From: an uncultured Gammaproteobacteria bacterium
GTDB taxonomy: Bacteria > Patescibacteriota > Microgenomatia > CAZXEC01
DNA length: 64,000 nucleotides
NCBI GenBank assembly: GCA_964639595.1
Contig: CAZXEC010000001.1
Span: 390,903-454,902, forward strand
Reading direction: 5' to 3'
Positions 9,995-18,816 of this stretch are shown in pieces. The first letter of the stretch is position 1. Each line of letters begins with the position of its first letter. A program made the translations under genes and the position numbers. The notes beneath the pieces are model-generated. The model was not told where the DNA came from and made no database searches. It saw only the letters and a program-made list of their open reading frames with translations.

Positions 9995-11087
9995 ATATAG
10001 TGTAGCTTTAGTCCATGATGACCTAATTCAGGCAGGCGGTGCCGAGAAAGTATTTTTGGCCATCAGTGAGATTTATCCGCAGGCAAAATTATTCACTTCT
10101 ATTGCCAATGACCAATTTCCAATAGGCGACCGAACTCAATTCCAGGCATCGTTTATGCAAAAAATTCCACTGGCCCATAAGCTGTACCGCCTGCTCCTCC
10201 CCCTTTATCCGTTGGCTTTTGAATCTTTTGATCTGTCAGGCTTTAATATAGTAATATCATCCAGCAGTAGATTTGCCCATGGGGTAATAACTCATCCAGA
10301 TAGCTTACACGTCTGGTACTGTTATAGTCCTGCCAGGTATTTATATTTTCAAAAACATTCACTATTAATAAAACCCATAATTCGTGGGCTTGAAGCTTGG
10401 GATCAGGTGGCAGCGAATAGGCCAGATAAAGTGATAGTTATTTCTAATCATGTAGCCGATAGTTTTGAGAAAGTTTATGGTAAAAAACCGGACGGTGTGG
10501 TTTACCCGTTTGTAAATTGGCCGATGTTTCAAAATAAGACTGAAAGGCCAGAAACCCTACCGGCCGTACTGGATGATGTCGACTTTTTTCTAATAGTCAG
10601 CAGACTAGTTGCCTGGAAAAAGATCGAGTTGGCTATTATTGCCTGCAACAACTTAAGGATACCATTAGTCATAGCAGGGACTGGCCCAGACGCATCTCGT
10701 CTTAAATCGATCGCCGGCAAGACGATTTTCTTTACCGGTTATTTGACTGATGAAGAATTAGTTTGGTACTATCAACATTGCCAAGCTTTAGTGATGACCC
10801 AAGAAGAGGATTTTGGGATGGTAGCTTTGGAAGCACAGGCATCAGGCAGGCCAGTAGTGGCTTATCTGGCAGGTGGAGCCAAAGAAACAATTATTGATGG
10901 TAAGACCGGCTATTTTTTTTATCCGCAGACCGGTCAAGCCTTAGCAGATGCGCTAAAAAAATTCAATGCAAAAAGCTTTGATAGTGTAGAATGTAGGGAT
11001 AACGCATTAAATTTTAGCAAGGAGAAATTTCTAGATAATTTTAATGCCGCGTTAACGAATTTATGGCACAATCATCAAACGATCTGA
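9969..11087 (+). CDS. Glycosyltransferase family 1 (GT4)
   Basis: EEDFGMVALEAQASGRPVVAYLAGGAKETIIDGKTGYFF is a typical GT1 E-x7-E region. Confidence 0.7.
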   Translation: MRSIKMSFKYSVALVHDDLIQAGGAEKVFLAISEIYPQAKLFTSIANDQFPIGDRTQFQASFMQKIPLAHKLYRLLLPLYPLAFESFDLSGFNIVISSSSRFAHGVITHPDSLHVWYCYSPARYLYFQKHSLLIKPIIRGLEAWDQVAANRPDKVIVISNHVADSFEKVYGKKPDGVVYPFVNWPMFQNKTERPETLPAVLDDVDFFLIVSRLVAWKKIELAIIACNNLRIPLVIAGTGPDASRLKSIAGKTIFFTGYLTDEELVWYYQHCQALVMTQEEDFGMVALEAQASGRPVVAYLAGGAKETIIDGKTGYFFYPQTGQALADALKKFNAKSFDSVECRDNALNFSKEKFLDNFNAALTNLWHNHQTI

Positions 11088-12163
11088 AAATTGTCATTTT
11101 TTGTGGTGGCGGAGGAACCAGGATTTGGCCTATTAGTAGAAATGCCAAGCCCAAACAATTTCAGCCTTTAGTAGGAGAAAAATCAACTTTTCAAACGATG
11201 GTGGAAGATCTGCAAAGAGCTTTTTCACCTTCTGCCATATTCCCAATTACTAAAAAAGACTATGTTGACTTTATTGCCAGTCAAGCTCCTTTTATCCCCC
11301 ATGAAAATATTCTGATAGAACCTGACGCCAGAGATACTTTTGCGGCGGTGGGTTTTGCAGCCGCAATTCTAAATAATATGTTTGTCAATCCAACTATTGT
11401 ATCCCTCTGGAGTGATCATACGATTACCAATAAAGATAAATTCGTAGAGGTAATTGGTATCGCCGGAAAACTGGCGCAAGAAGAAAGCGCTTTGGTTGAT
11501 ATAGCAGCTCGCCCAACTTTTCCCAGCACCCAATTAGGGTATCTGCAGATAGGGAAAGCGGTCAGGCAAATCAATGGGATGGGAGTTTTTCAATTTGTCA
11601 GACAAGTGGAAAAACCAGATTATCAAAGAGCTCGCGAGATGCTCAAGCTATGGGATTATGTCTGGCATATTGGCTATAAAGCTTGGCAGGCAGAGGTGAT
11701 GTTGTCACTTTATCAACAATTACAACCAGATGCCTATCAACACTTACAAGCTATTGTTGGTGAGCGCCAACGCGGTGATGAACGTAAGGTGCTAAAAGAG
11801 TATAGTGCTATCCCAAAAAGTTCAGTGGACTATGCGATTTATGTAAAAGCTGATAAACAGAAGCATCTGGTAGTTTTAGCTGACTTGGGCTGGAGTGATA
11901 TTGGAGCATGGGATGTCTTGAAAGATGAATTATCAGAAAATAAGGAGGGGAATGTTGTTAGTGGAAATATTGAAATAATAGATTTGAAAGACTGTTTAGT
12001 TTATGGGCTGGAGCACCAGAAGTTGGTAGCAGCAATAGGACTGGAAGGCTTAGTCATTGTGGATACCCCCGATGTCTTATTGGTTTGTTCCAAAGATAGA
12101 GCCCAGGATGTCAAAAAAATGGTGGAAAAATTAAAAGAAGAAGGTAAGGATAAATATCTCTAG
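11063..12163 (+). CDS. manC: Mannose-1-phosphate guanylyltransferase (nucleotidyltransferase domain only)
   Basis: N-terminal IVIFCGGGGTRIWPISRNAKPKQF is the sugar-1-P nucleotidyltransferase G-x-G-T-R loop. It lacks a C-terminal PMI/cupin domain. Confidence 0.65.
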   Translation: MAQSSNDLKIVIFCGGGGTRIWPISRNAKPKQFQPLVGEKSTFQTMVEDLQRAFSPSAIFPITKKDYVDFIASQAPFIPHENILIEPDARDTFAAVGFAAAILNNMFVNPTIVSLWSDHTITNKDKFVEVIGIAGKLAQEESALVDIAARPTFPSTQLGYLQIGKAVRQINGMGVFQFVRQVEKPDYQRAREMLKLWDYVWHIGYKAWQAEVMLSLYQQLQPDAYQHLQAIVGERQRGDERKVLKEYSAIPKSSVDYAIYVKADKQKHLVVLADLGWSDIGAWDVLKDELSENKEGNVVSGNIEIIDLKDCLVYGLEHQKLVAAIGLEGLVIVDTPDVLLVCSKDRAQDVKKMVEKLKEEGKDKYL

Positions 12164-12203
12164 AGATATCAATAGGCCACTTGTTTATGGTAAAGTAACT
12201 GCC

Positions 12204-12827
12204 ATGCTTTATGAAGTGACAAAAAGAATAATAGATGTAATCCTGGCAATTGGGCTGGTGATTATTTTTTTACCAATAATGGTCATCACGGCCATCGCAA
12301 TTAAAATTGATTCCCCCGGTCCTATTATTTATAAACAGTTGAGAGTTGGTCGTGGAGGTCGCGAATTTTGGATTTATAAATTTCGCTCGATGAAGTCTAA
12401 TGCAGAAGAAATGCTTGCAAAAAACCCTCAACTGTTGGCCGCATTCAAGGAGGGAGATTGGAAATTAGGATTACATGAAGACCCGCGTGTGACCAGAGTT
12501 GGAAGATTCATAAGAAGTGTTACAATAGACGAGATGCCGCAATTCTGGAATGTTTTGGCAGGACAGATGAGCATTGTTGGACCGAGGGCCTATCGTCGGG
12601 AAGAACTAGCAGAGCAGCAAGACAAATATCCAGAAACAGTAGTTTATGTTGAACAAATTCTTAAAGTCAAACCGGGCATTACCGGGCCTTGGCAAGTATC
12701 AGGGAGGAATGAACTACCATTTGACCTAAGAACTCACATGGATGCTGAATATGCCCAGTCCAGGTCGCTTTTGAGGGACATTTTAATCATTTTTAAAACG
12801 CCGTTTGCTATGCTATCAAAATGGTAG
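12204..12827 (+). CDS. Initiating polyprenyl-phosphate sugar-phosphate transferase (bacterial sugar transferase, WbaP/PglC-like small form)
   Basis: KRIIDVILAIGLVIIFLPIMV...DSPGPIIYKQLRVGRGGREFWIYKFRSM...PGITGPWQVSGR is the hallmark of the Bac_transf family. Confidence 0.75.
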   Translation: MLYEVTKRIIDVILAIGLVIIFLPIMVITAIAIKIDSPGPIIYKQLRVGRGGREFWIYKFRSMKSNAEEMLAKNPQLLAAFKEGDWKLGLHEDPRVTRVGRFIRSVTIDEMPQFWNVLAGQMSIVGPRAYRREELAEQQDKYPETVVYVEQILKVKPGITGPWQVSGRNELPFDLRTHMDAEYAQSRSLLRDILIIFKTPFAMLSKW

Positions 12828-12839
12828 AATATTATAATT

Positions 12840-14801
12840 ATGGTAGATGATCTTAACAAAACCCTACAGCAGATTGATCAACCCCCATCGCCGGTTATTC
12901 CCGCTATTCAATCTAAAATCTCCAATCCGGTCAATAAACAATCCAGGTTTATTCCTAGATTGTCGATGTCGCCCAAAATGGCCAAAGTTGGTTTGGGCGT
13001 CTTGTTTGCTTGCGCGCTACTGTATCTGCTTTTAGTTCGGCCTTTTATCCAAGTAATAGCGTCAGCCAAACAAGCCAGCAACGAAGGTAAAAAAATTGTC
13101 ATCTCTCTTAAAAACCAAGATTTAGACGGAGCCAAAGCCGCTGTCGCTCCCACCAGGGAAAAATTGCGCCAAGTTGAAAAAAGTCTGGAATATTTTGCTT
13201 TCTTGAAAACAGTACCGTTTTTAGGGAGTTATTATAATGATGGTAGTCATGCTCTCAAGGCAGCATTTATTGGCTTAGATTCAGTTGGGATAATGATCGA
13301 TATAATCACCCCCTATTCTGACTTGTTAGGTTTGAAAGGACGTAGTAATTTTATGGGTGGTAGCCCGCAGGAGAGGTTTCAAAAAGTAGTCCAAACCATT
13401 GATAAAGTAATCCCCGATCTAGATAAATTAGCTCCCAAATTTCAGGAAATTAGAATAGAGGTAGATCAAATTGATCCTGGCAGATACCCGCAAGGCTGGT
13501 TTGGGTTAAGCATTAAGTCTCAAATCAGTTCGGTTATTACCCTAATACAACAAGTAGAGACTCTAGTGGTAGAAGCAAGGCCAGCTTTGGAAGTACTGCC
13601 GTCAATCATGGGCCAACCGACACCTAAGCGCTATTTAGTGCTTTTCCAAAATGATAAAGAGCTACGACCATCCGGGGGATTTTTAACAGCGTATACCTAT
13701 TTGATTTTTGACCGTGGTAAGATTCAGGCAACTGGATCTGATGATATTTATAACCTGGATACCAGGTTACATAATATTTGTTTGAGGAAGATCTGCCCCC
13801 TGGCTCCCCCAGCTCCAATCGTCAGGTATTTGCCGGAACCCGATGGCAAACCAAAAACAGCTTGGGATTCCCGTGATTCTAACTTATCTCCTGACTGGAA
13901 AGTTTCTGCTCAAAGTTTTGAGAGGTTTTATCAAATTATCGGCGGTCCTGCCGTAGATGGTATTATTGGGGTTGATACTAATGTTATAAAAGAGATCTTA
14001 GGAGTACTGGGACCGGTTAGGGTAGGCGGTTATTCGACAGTATTTACTAAAGATAATGTAGTTGATGAACTGGTGGATTATTCGACCATTGTCTTTAAAG
14101 GGTCATCTGGCAGGAAGCAAGTGCTGGGCGATTTGATGTATTCCATCATGCAGTATATTCTCCAATCTGGCAGAGATAAAATACCCAATTTGATCAACAC
14201 TGGTATAGAAATGGGGAATAAAAAGCACATTTTGGTTTACTTTCATGACGCAAAATCCCAAGAGGCGGCTGAAAAATTTAACTGGGCAGGTAGGATCGTT
14301 GATGCCAAGGGCGATTATTTAACTGTAGTTGATTCTAATTTCGCTGGCGGTAAAGCAAATCTTTTTGTGGTTGAAAAAGTGACCCAAGAAATTAATATTT
14401 TGCTCGATGGCACAATAGAAAAGACAGTTACTATAGATTATGACAATCCCCGGGCTTTTCATCCAGACCTTAATCCCACTTACCGGGATTGGGTCAGATT
14501 ATTTGTACCGGAAGGGTCAACATTGCTGGAGCAAAAGGGCAGCCAGCATAATATCGAAGTTGCCGCAGAGCTGGGCAAAACCGTTTTCAATGGGTACGTT
14601 ATCGTCCCACCACAACAAAAAAGGCAACTGGTGGTTAAATACCGACTGCCGTTTAAGACAGATGGCAATAAAACTTATAAACTATTGATTCAGAAACAAC
14701 CAGGTACAGAAGGAGTTGAGTATACGATCAAAATTAACGGCAGGCTTTGGGAAAAACCATTCAGGCTTGATAGCGATAGAAACCTGGATATTACTTTATA
14801 A
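12840..14801 (+). CDS. Hypothetical membrane-anchored protein (possibly DUF4012-like), glycan-cluster associated
   Basis: One N-terminal TM (VGLGVLFACALLYLLLV) followed by a large extracytoplasmic domain. The segment FQNDKELRPSGGFLTAYTY resembles the DUF4012 core. The start codon choice is uncertain. Confidence 0.35.
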   Translation: MVDDLNKTLQQIDQPPSPVIPAIQSKISNPVNKQSRFIPRLSMSPKMAKVGLGVLFACALLYLLLVRPFIQVIASAKQASNEGKKIVISLKNQDLDGAKAAVAPTREKLRQVEKSLEYFAFLKTVPFLGSYYNDGSHALKAAFIGLDSVGIMIDIITPYSDLLGLKGRSNFMGGSPQERFQKVVQTIDKVIPDLDKLAPKFQEIRIEVDQIDPGRYPQGWFGLSIKSQISSVITLIQQVETLVVEARPALEVLPSIMGQPTPKRYLVLFQNDKELRPSGGFLTAYTYLIFDRGKIQATGSDDIYNLDTRLHNICLRKICPLAPPAPIVRYLPEPDGKPKTAWDSRDSNLSPDWKVSAQSFERFYQIIGGPAVDGIIGVDTNVIKEILGVLGPVRVGGYSTVFTKDNVVDELVDYSTIVFKGSSGRKQVLGDLMYSIMQYILQSGRDKIPNLINTGIEMGNKKHILVYFHDAKSQEAAEKFNWAGRIVDAKGDYLTVVDSNFAGGKANLFVVEKVTQEINILLDGTIEKTVTIDYDNPRAFHPDLNPTYRDWVRLFVPEGSTLLEQKGSQHNIEVAAELGKTVFNGYVIVPPQQKRQLVVKYRLPFKTDGNKTYKLLIQKQPGTEGVEYTIKINGRLWEKPFRLDSDRNLDITL

Positions 14802-14817
14802 AACTTATAGCCTCCCC

Positions 14818-15474
14818 ATGCGTTCATACAAAGATGAAGGGATAGTTTTGGATAGGATCAACTTGGGAGAAGCCGACAGATTAGTAATAATTTTTTCCAA
14901 GCATCACGGCAAAATTAAAATCCTCGCCAAAGGAGCCAGAAAAATTACCTCGAGGCGAGCTGGTCACCTGGAGCCTCTCAATCACGTGGTGTTCTCTGTT
15001 TACAAGGGCAGACATTTTGACCATCTGCTGGAAGTAGAATCAAAGCACACCTTTGCTAATGTTAAGAATTTGTTGGCTAGGGTCGGCTACGGCTATTATC
15101 TGGCGGAGTTGGTTACCTGTCTACTTGCAGAAAACCAGCCGCAGCAGGATGTTTTTGATTTGTTGTACGAAACATTAAGACAGCTGTCCGTTAATCCCCG
15201 AAAAGTATATATTCGAGCATTTGAGGTAAAAATGCTAAAATTGTTAGGATTTTGGCCATCACAGCTCTTTAGGGAAGGTTGGGTAACAGACCATTTGTTA
15301 AATGACCTGGAGACAAAAGACTTTAATCAGTTGTCACGGCTTATTATTGACAAACGACATGATGTAGAATTAGAGGGGATGCTGAAAAGCTATATTGAAG
15401 CTATTTTGGAAAAGGAGCTAAAATCGCCCAGTTTGATTAAAAAAATTAGGAACCAAAAATACGATTTTAAGTGA
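14818..15474 (+). CDS. recO: DNA repair protein RecO
   Basis: MRSYKDEGIVLDRINLGEADRLVIIFSKHHGKIKILAKGARK matches the RecO N-terminal OB-fold. The ORF track's upstream start at 14716 overlaps the preceding gene, so the internal ATG was chosen. Confidence 0.7.
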   Translation: MRSYKDEGIVLDRINLGEADRLVIIFSKHHGKIKILAKGARKITSRRAGHLEPLNHVVFSVYKGRHFDHLLEVESKHTFANVKNLLARVGYGYYLAELVTCLLAENQPQQDVFDLLYETLRQLSVNPRKVYIRAFEVKMLKLLGFWPSQLFREGWVTDHLLNDLETKDFNQLSRLIIDKRHDVELEGMLKSYIEAILEKELKSPSLIKKIRNQKYDFK

Positions 15475-15478
15475 ATAT

Positions 15479-16822
15479 ATGGAAATAATGGACAAAATAG
15501 TATCTCTTGCCAAAAGACGAGGGTTTATCTATCCCGGGTCTGCCCTTTATGGTGGACTATCAGGAACTTGGGATTATGGGCCCCTGGGAGTAGAGCTGAA
15601 AAACAATATCAAGAGGCAATGGTGGAAGAGCATGGTTCAGCAGAGAGACGATGTTTATGGGCTTGATGCGGCCATTTTAATGAACTCACAGGCTTGGCAG
15701 GCTTCAGGACATGTGGAAGGTTTTGCGGATCAGATGGTTGATTGCAAAAATTGCCAAAAAAGGTTTAGAGTCGACCAGCTAGAATCTGGCCAGAGTAGAG
15801 CAGGCCATGATCATAATATAGACGAAAAACAAAAAAAATGTCCGGAGTGTGGAGGAGAGTTGACTGCTCCCCGGCCGTTCAACTTGATGCTCAAAACTTT
15901 TGTCGGTCCTCTGGAAGATGAGGCTGCCCAGACTTATCTGCGGCCGGAAACTGCCCAGGGTATTTTTGTTAATTTTGCCAACGTAGTTTCCTCGTTTCAT
16001 CCTAAACTCCCTTTTGGTATTGCTCAAATTGGTAAAGCGTTCAGAAATGAAATAACTCCCCGGAATTTTACCTTTAGATCTCGGGAGTTTGAACAGATGG
16101 AACTGGAGTTTTTCACAGAACCGCAAGATGATAAAAAATGGTTCGAGTTTTGGCGGCAAGAGCGCTTAAATTGGTATTTGAGCCTAGGTCTTGATCCAGA
16201 TCGTGTCAGGCTAAGAGATCAGAACAGTGAAGAGTTGGCTCATTATGCCAAGGGTGCTTGCGATATTGAGTATAATTTCCCCTTTGGCTGGTCTGAACTG
16301 GAAGGAATTGCCAATCGAGCTGATTTTGACCTGAAGCAGCATTCCCAATATTCAGGTGCAGATCTAAAGTTTGCCGACAGCAATGGCAAAAAATTCTTCC
16401 CGCATATCATTGAGCCTTCTGGCGGTGTTGATCGAGCAGCAGCCGCCTTTTTGATTGACGGCTATTGCGAGAAAGAAGATAAAGACGGCATCAGGACCAC
16501 TTTGGCCCTACACCCCAAGTTAGCACCTTATAAAGTGGCGGTTTTCCCGCTGGTTGCAAACAAGCCTCAATTGATGGGTAAGGCCCAGGAATTGTATAAG
16601 TTGCTGAAAGACAGATTTATGGTGGCTTGGGATGATATCGGTAATATTGGTAAACGTTATCGCCGGCAAGATGAGATTGGCACACCCTGGTGCGTCACTG
16701 TCGACTATCAAACTCTGGAGGATGACTCGGTAACTGTACGTGATAGGGATAATATGAAGCAGGATCGGGTTTCTAGCGGAGAACTTATTGAGCATCTCCA
16801 TTCCCATCTTAAAGCTGTTTAG
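15479..16822 (+). CDS. glyQS: Glycyl-tRNA synthetase (dimeric alpha2 GlyQS type)
   Basis: MDKIVSLAKRRGFIYPGSALYGGLSGTWDYGPLG and a class II core. A C4 zinc motif (CKNCQ...CPECGG) is also present. Confidence 0.85.
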   Translation: MEIMDKIVSLAKRRGFIYPGSALYGGLSGTWDYGPLGVELKNNIKRQWWKSMVQQRDDVYGLDAAILMNSQAWQASGHVEGFADQMVDCKNCQKRFRVDQLESGQSRAGHDHNIDEKQKKCPECGGELTAPRPFNLMLKTFVGPLEDEAAQTYLRPETAQGIFVNFANVVSSFHPKLPFGIAQIGKAFRNEITPRNFTFRSREFEQMELEFFTEPQDDKKWFEFWRQERLNWYLSLGLDPDRVRLRDQNSEELAHYAKGACDIEYNFPFGWSELEGIANRADFDLKQHSQYSGADLKFADSNGKKFFPHIIEPSGGVDRAAAAFLIDGYCEKEDKDGIRTTLALHPKLAPYKVAVFPLVANKPQLMGKAQELYKLLKDRFMVAWDDIGNIGKRYRRQDEIGTPWCVTVDYQTLEDDSVTVRDRDNMKQDRVSSGELIEHLHSHLKAV

Positions 16823-16920
16823 TCTGCCTGGTATTTTTAGCAAGTTTCCCCTTAAAAGTTCAGTTTTGAATCGTCTTCCTAAGTTTGAACCAGCTTCAAA
16901 TTCGGAGTATAATTTGCAAT

Positions 16921-17694
16921 ATGACAACGGGAAGGCGAGAGAGTGGAGGGGCACAACCAGAAGATAGAAGTCTGGTAGTTCGTTCTGAGCAATCAAGCTT
17001 GGAATCTTTTACTCAAACTCCTTTTCTTCAACAAGCTGGATTTAGTCCTCAATTCCCAGAAAGATTAATGAGATTAAATGATGTTTTATTCTCTCAACCA
17101 ATCAATAGCATTGGAATTAATCTCCAACCAGGAAGGATACCTCTTATCACAACTAGCATAGAACACAGTTCATCCACTGGATACCGAGTAAGAATCAATG
17201 CTGAACCTAAAGCTCGTATCGCAGAGATTACTGTCTATGGTAGAGGCAGGACAGTTACTATAGAAGATATAAAAGATTTCGTCAAAAGCACTTTCCCAGA
17301 AAATAAATCAATACTTCACGCTGAAGCAAGTCCACGTCTGATAGAACCACTCGAAGATTTCAATGGAGATTTACAGGAAGTAACTAGAGAGTTACTTAGA
17401 TCTTGGTTTGAAGAGAAACCTGCACATCCTTCATCTGTGATTAGTTACAGAGGACAAAACGTTGATTATCCTTATGAGTTTGATCTAGAAATTAGACTAG
17501 AGGGTCAAAATGAACCACTATTCCGCCTGTTATTAGGAATTAATTTGGCTACTACAGTAGGATGCGAGATAAAAGCTGATAGTTGGCCAGCTTTCTATTA
17601 TAAAGGTCAGTCACAAGATGTAGAAAGAGTGATTGACGGTTTAGTTAATTTATTTGGTAAATCAGAAAATTCACAAAATACCAAAGAAGATTGA
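16921..17694 (+). CDS. Hypothetical protein (no recognisable domain)
   Basis: The ORF is preceded by TATAAT (16908-16913) 7 nt upstream of the ATG. Composition and codon usage differ from neighbours (more A-rich, AGA/AGG Arg codons). Confidence 0.4.
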   Translation: MTTGRRESGGAQPEDRSLVVRSEQSSLESFTQTPFLQQAGFSPQFPERLMRLNDVLFSQPINSIGINLQPGRIPLITTSIEHSSSTGYRVRINAEPKARIAEITVYGRGRTVTIEDIKDFVKSTFPENKSILHAEASPRLIEPLEDFNGDLQEVTRELLRSWFEEKPAHPSSVISYRGQNVDYPYEFDLEIRLEGQNEPLFRLLLGINLATTVGCEIKADSWPAFYYKGQSQDVERVIDGLVNLFGKSENSQNTKED

Positions 17695-17715
17695 GTAATA
17701 GTATAAAATAAGATT

Positions 17716-18270
17716 ATGGAAAGTAAAATTTTGTATTTTGGTTATGGAGCAAATCGTGATCCAAAAATGATGGAATGGATTACTGGCAATAAAAATTTAC
17801 TTGGCAAACCAGGAATTTTAAAAGGATATGCCCTTTGTGTTCAAAGAAAAGATCAGGTGCCAGATGAAATCTTACCCACAGCACCTGCGCCATTGTCTGC
17901 AAGAAGGCTACTTGATAACTGGCCCGAAACTTTTGAAAGTTATACGATTAAAAAGGATCCAAACCAGGAAGTTTACGGAACTATTTGGGTTTTAACTCCC
18001 CAAGAAAGGGAGCTAGTTAGAGACTGGGAATTACTGGATTTTGGTTGGTATAAAGATATTGCTGCTAAAGCTCAAGCTGAAGATGGTCAAGTATTAGATG
18101 TACAAACAGAAGGCATGCGAGATGATCAGGAATTTGACAGAGAGGTTGATGGTAAAAATTATGAAACTTGGCTACAGCCATCTGAAGATTTTAAAAGGAT
18201 TGCTACAAAATCCAGACAGGAATACTTTGTCAGGATGGAAGGTTCTGCAAAAACTCTAGAGAAAGTTTAA
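17716..18270 (+). CDS. Gamma-glutamyl cyclotransferase (GGCT/AIG2)-like protein
   Basis: The N-terminus ILYFGYGANRDPKMMEWITG...GYAL matches the YGSN-type GGCT-fold start. Confidence 0.45.
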   Translation: MESKILYFGYGANRDPKMMEWITGNKNLLGKPGILKGYALCVQRKDQVPDEILPTAPAPLSARRLLDNWPETFESYTIKKDPNQEVYGTIWVLTPQERELVRDWELLDFGWYKDIAAKAQAEDGQVLDVQTEGMRDDQEFDREVDGKNYETWLQPSEDFKRIATKSRQEYFVRMEGSAKTLEKV

Positions 18271-18367
18271 CGCTTCAACCTGCTTGTTTAATAAATATAA
18301 TAATCTATAGCTTCTACATGCTCATCTTGGATGAGGCAAGACTCTCTCCCTATTGACAAGGTGAAAA

Positions 18368-18404
18368 AAGTGGTTCAAAATGGATATAAGTGGTGAAAAG
18401 TGGT
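18368..18404 (+). promoter_or_regulatory. Phased direct-repeat array (AAGTGGT x3 plus one degenerate copy at 10-bp spacing), candidate MraZ operator, with a TTGACA -35 at 18353-18358
   Basis: AAGTGGT occurs at 18368, 18388 and 18398, and AAATGGA at 18378. This matches the known architecture of MraZ-binding direct repeats upstream of mraZ. Confidence 0.45.
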
Positions 18405-18420
18405 GTCTGCCCAAAAACTT

Positions 18421-18816
18421 ATGTTTCTTGGGCAGTATCAACCGAATTTAGACCAAAAAGCCAGAATTATCTTGCCAAAAAAGATCAGGAAGGCAATTGA
18501 CGGTCGGGAAATAATAGTAGCCAGAGGATTTGAGCAGTGTATTTTTGGATTTGAAAAAAAAGTTTGGCAGGATCGGACCGACAAAGAACTTTTACAACCA
18601 ATCACTGATGCAACATCCAGGAATAACAGGCGATATCTTTTTTCCGGGGCCTCACTGGTGGAATTAGATCAGCAAGGGAGGTTTGTGATCCCGCGCAATT
18701 TAATAACCTTTGCTCATATTACTAAAGATGTGATGGTCATTGGAGCCGGAGATCATTTTGAGATTTGGGATAGTAAAACCTGGGAGAACTATCAGACCAG
18801 ACTGGAGCAATTATGA
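18421..18816 (+). CDS. mraZ: Transcriptional regulator MraZ
   Basis: MFLGQYQPNLDQKARIILPKKIRKAI...; first gene of the dcw cluster. The GTG start at 18400 in the ORF track was rejected in favour of ATG at 18421. Confidence 0.8.
   Translation: MFLGQYQPNLDQKARIILPKKIRKAIDGREIIVARGFEQCIFGFEKKVWQDRTDKELLQPITDATSRNNRRYLFSGASLVELDQQGRFVIPRNLITFAHITKDVMVIGAGDHFEIWDSKTWENYQTRLEQL

Noticed and set aside
14716-14817. Long N-terminal extension of recO (start 14716)
   Set aside because: It overlaps the preceding gene by 86 nt. The RecO OB-fold begins at the internal Met (MRSYKDEG…).
18400-18420. Upstream GTG-type start for mraZ given by the ORF track
   Set aside because: The MraZ family begins MFLG…. 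The ATG at 18421 gives the canonical N-terminus and leaves the AAGTGGT repeats in the non-coding leader.
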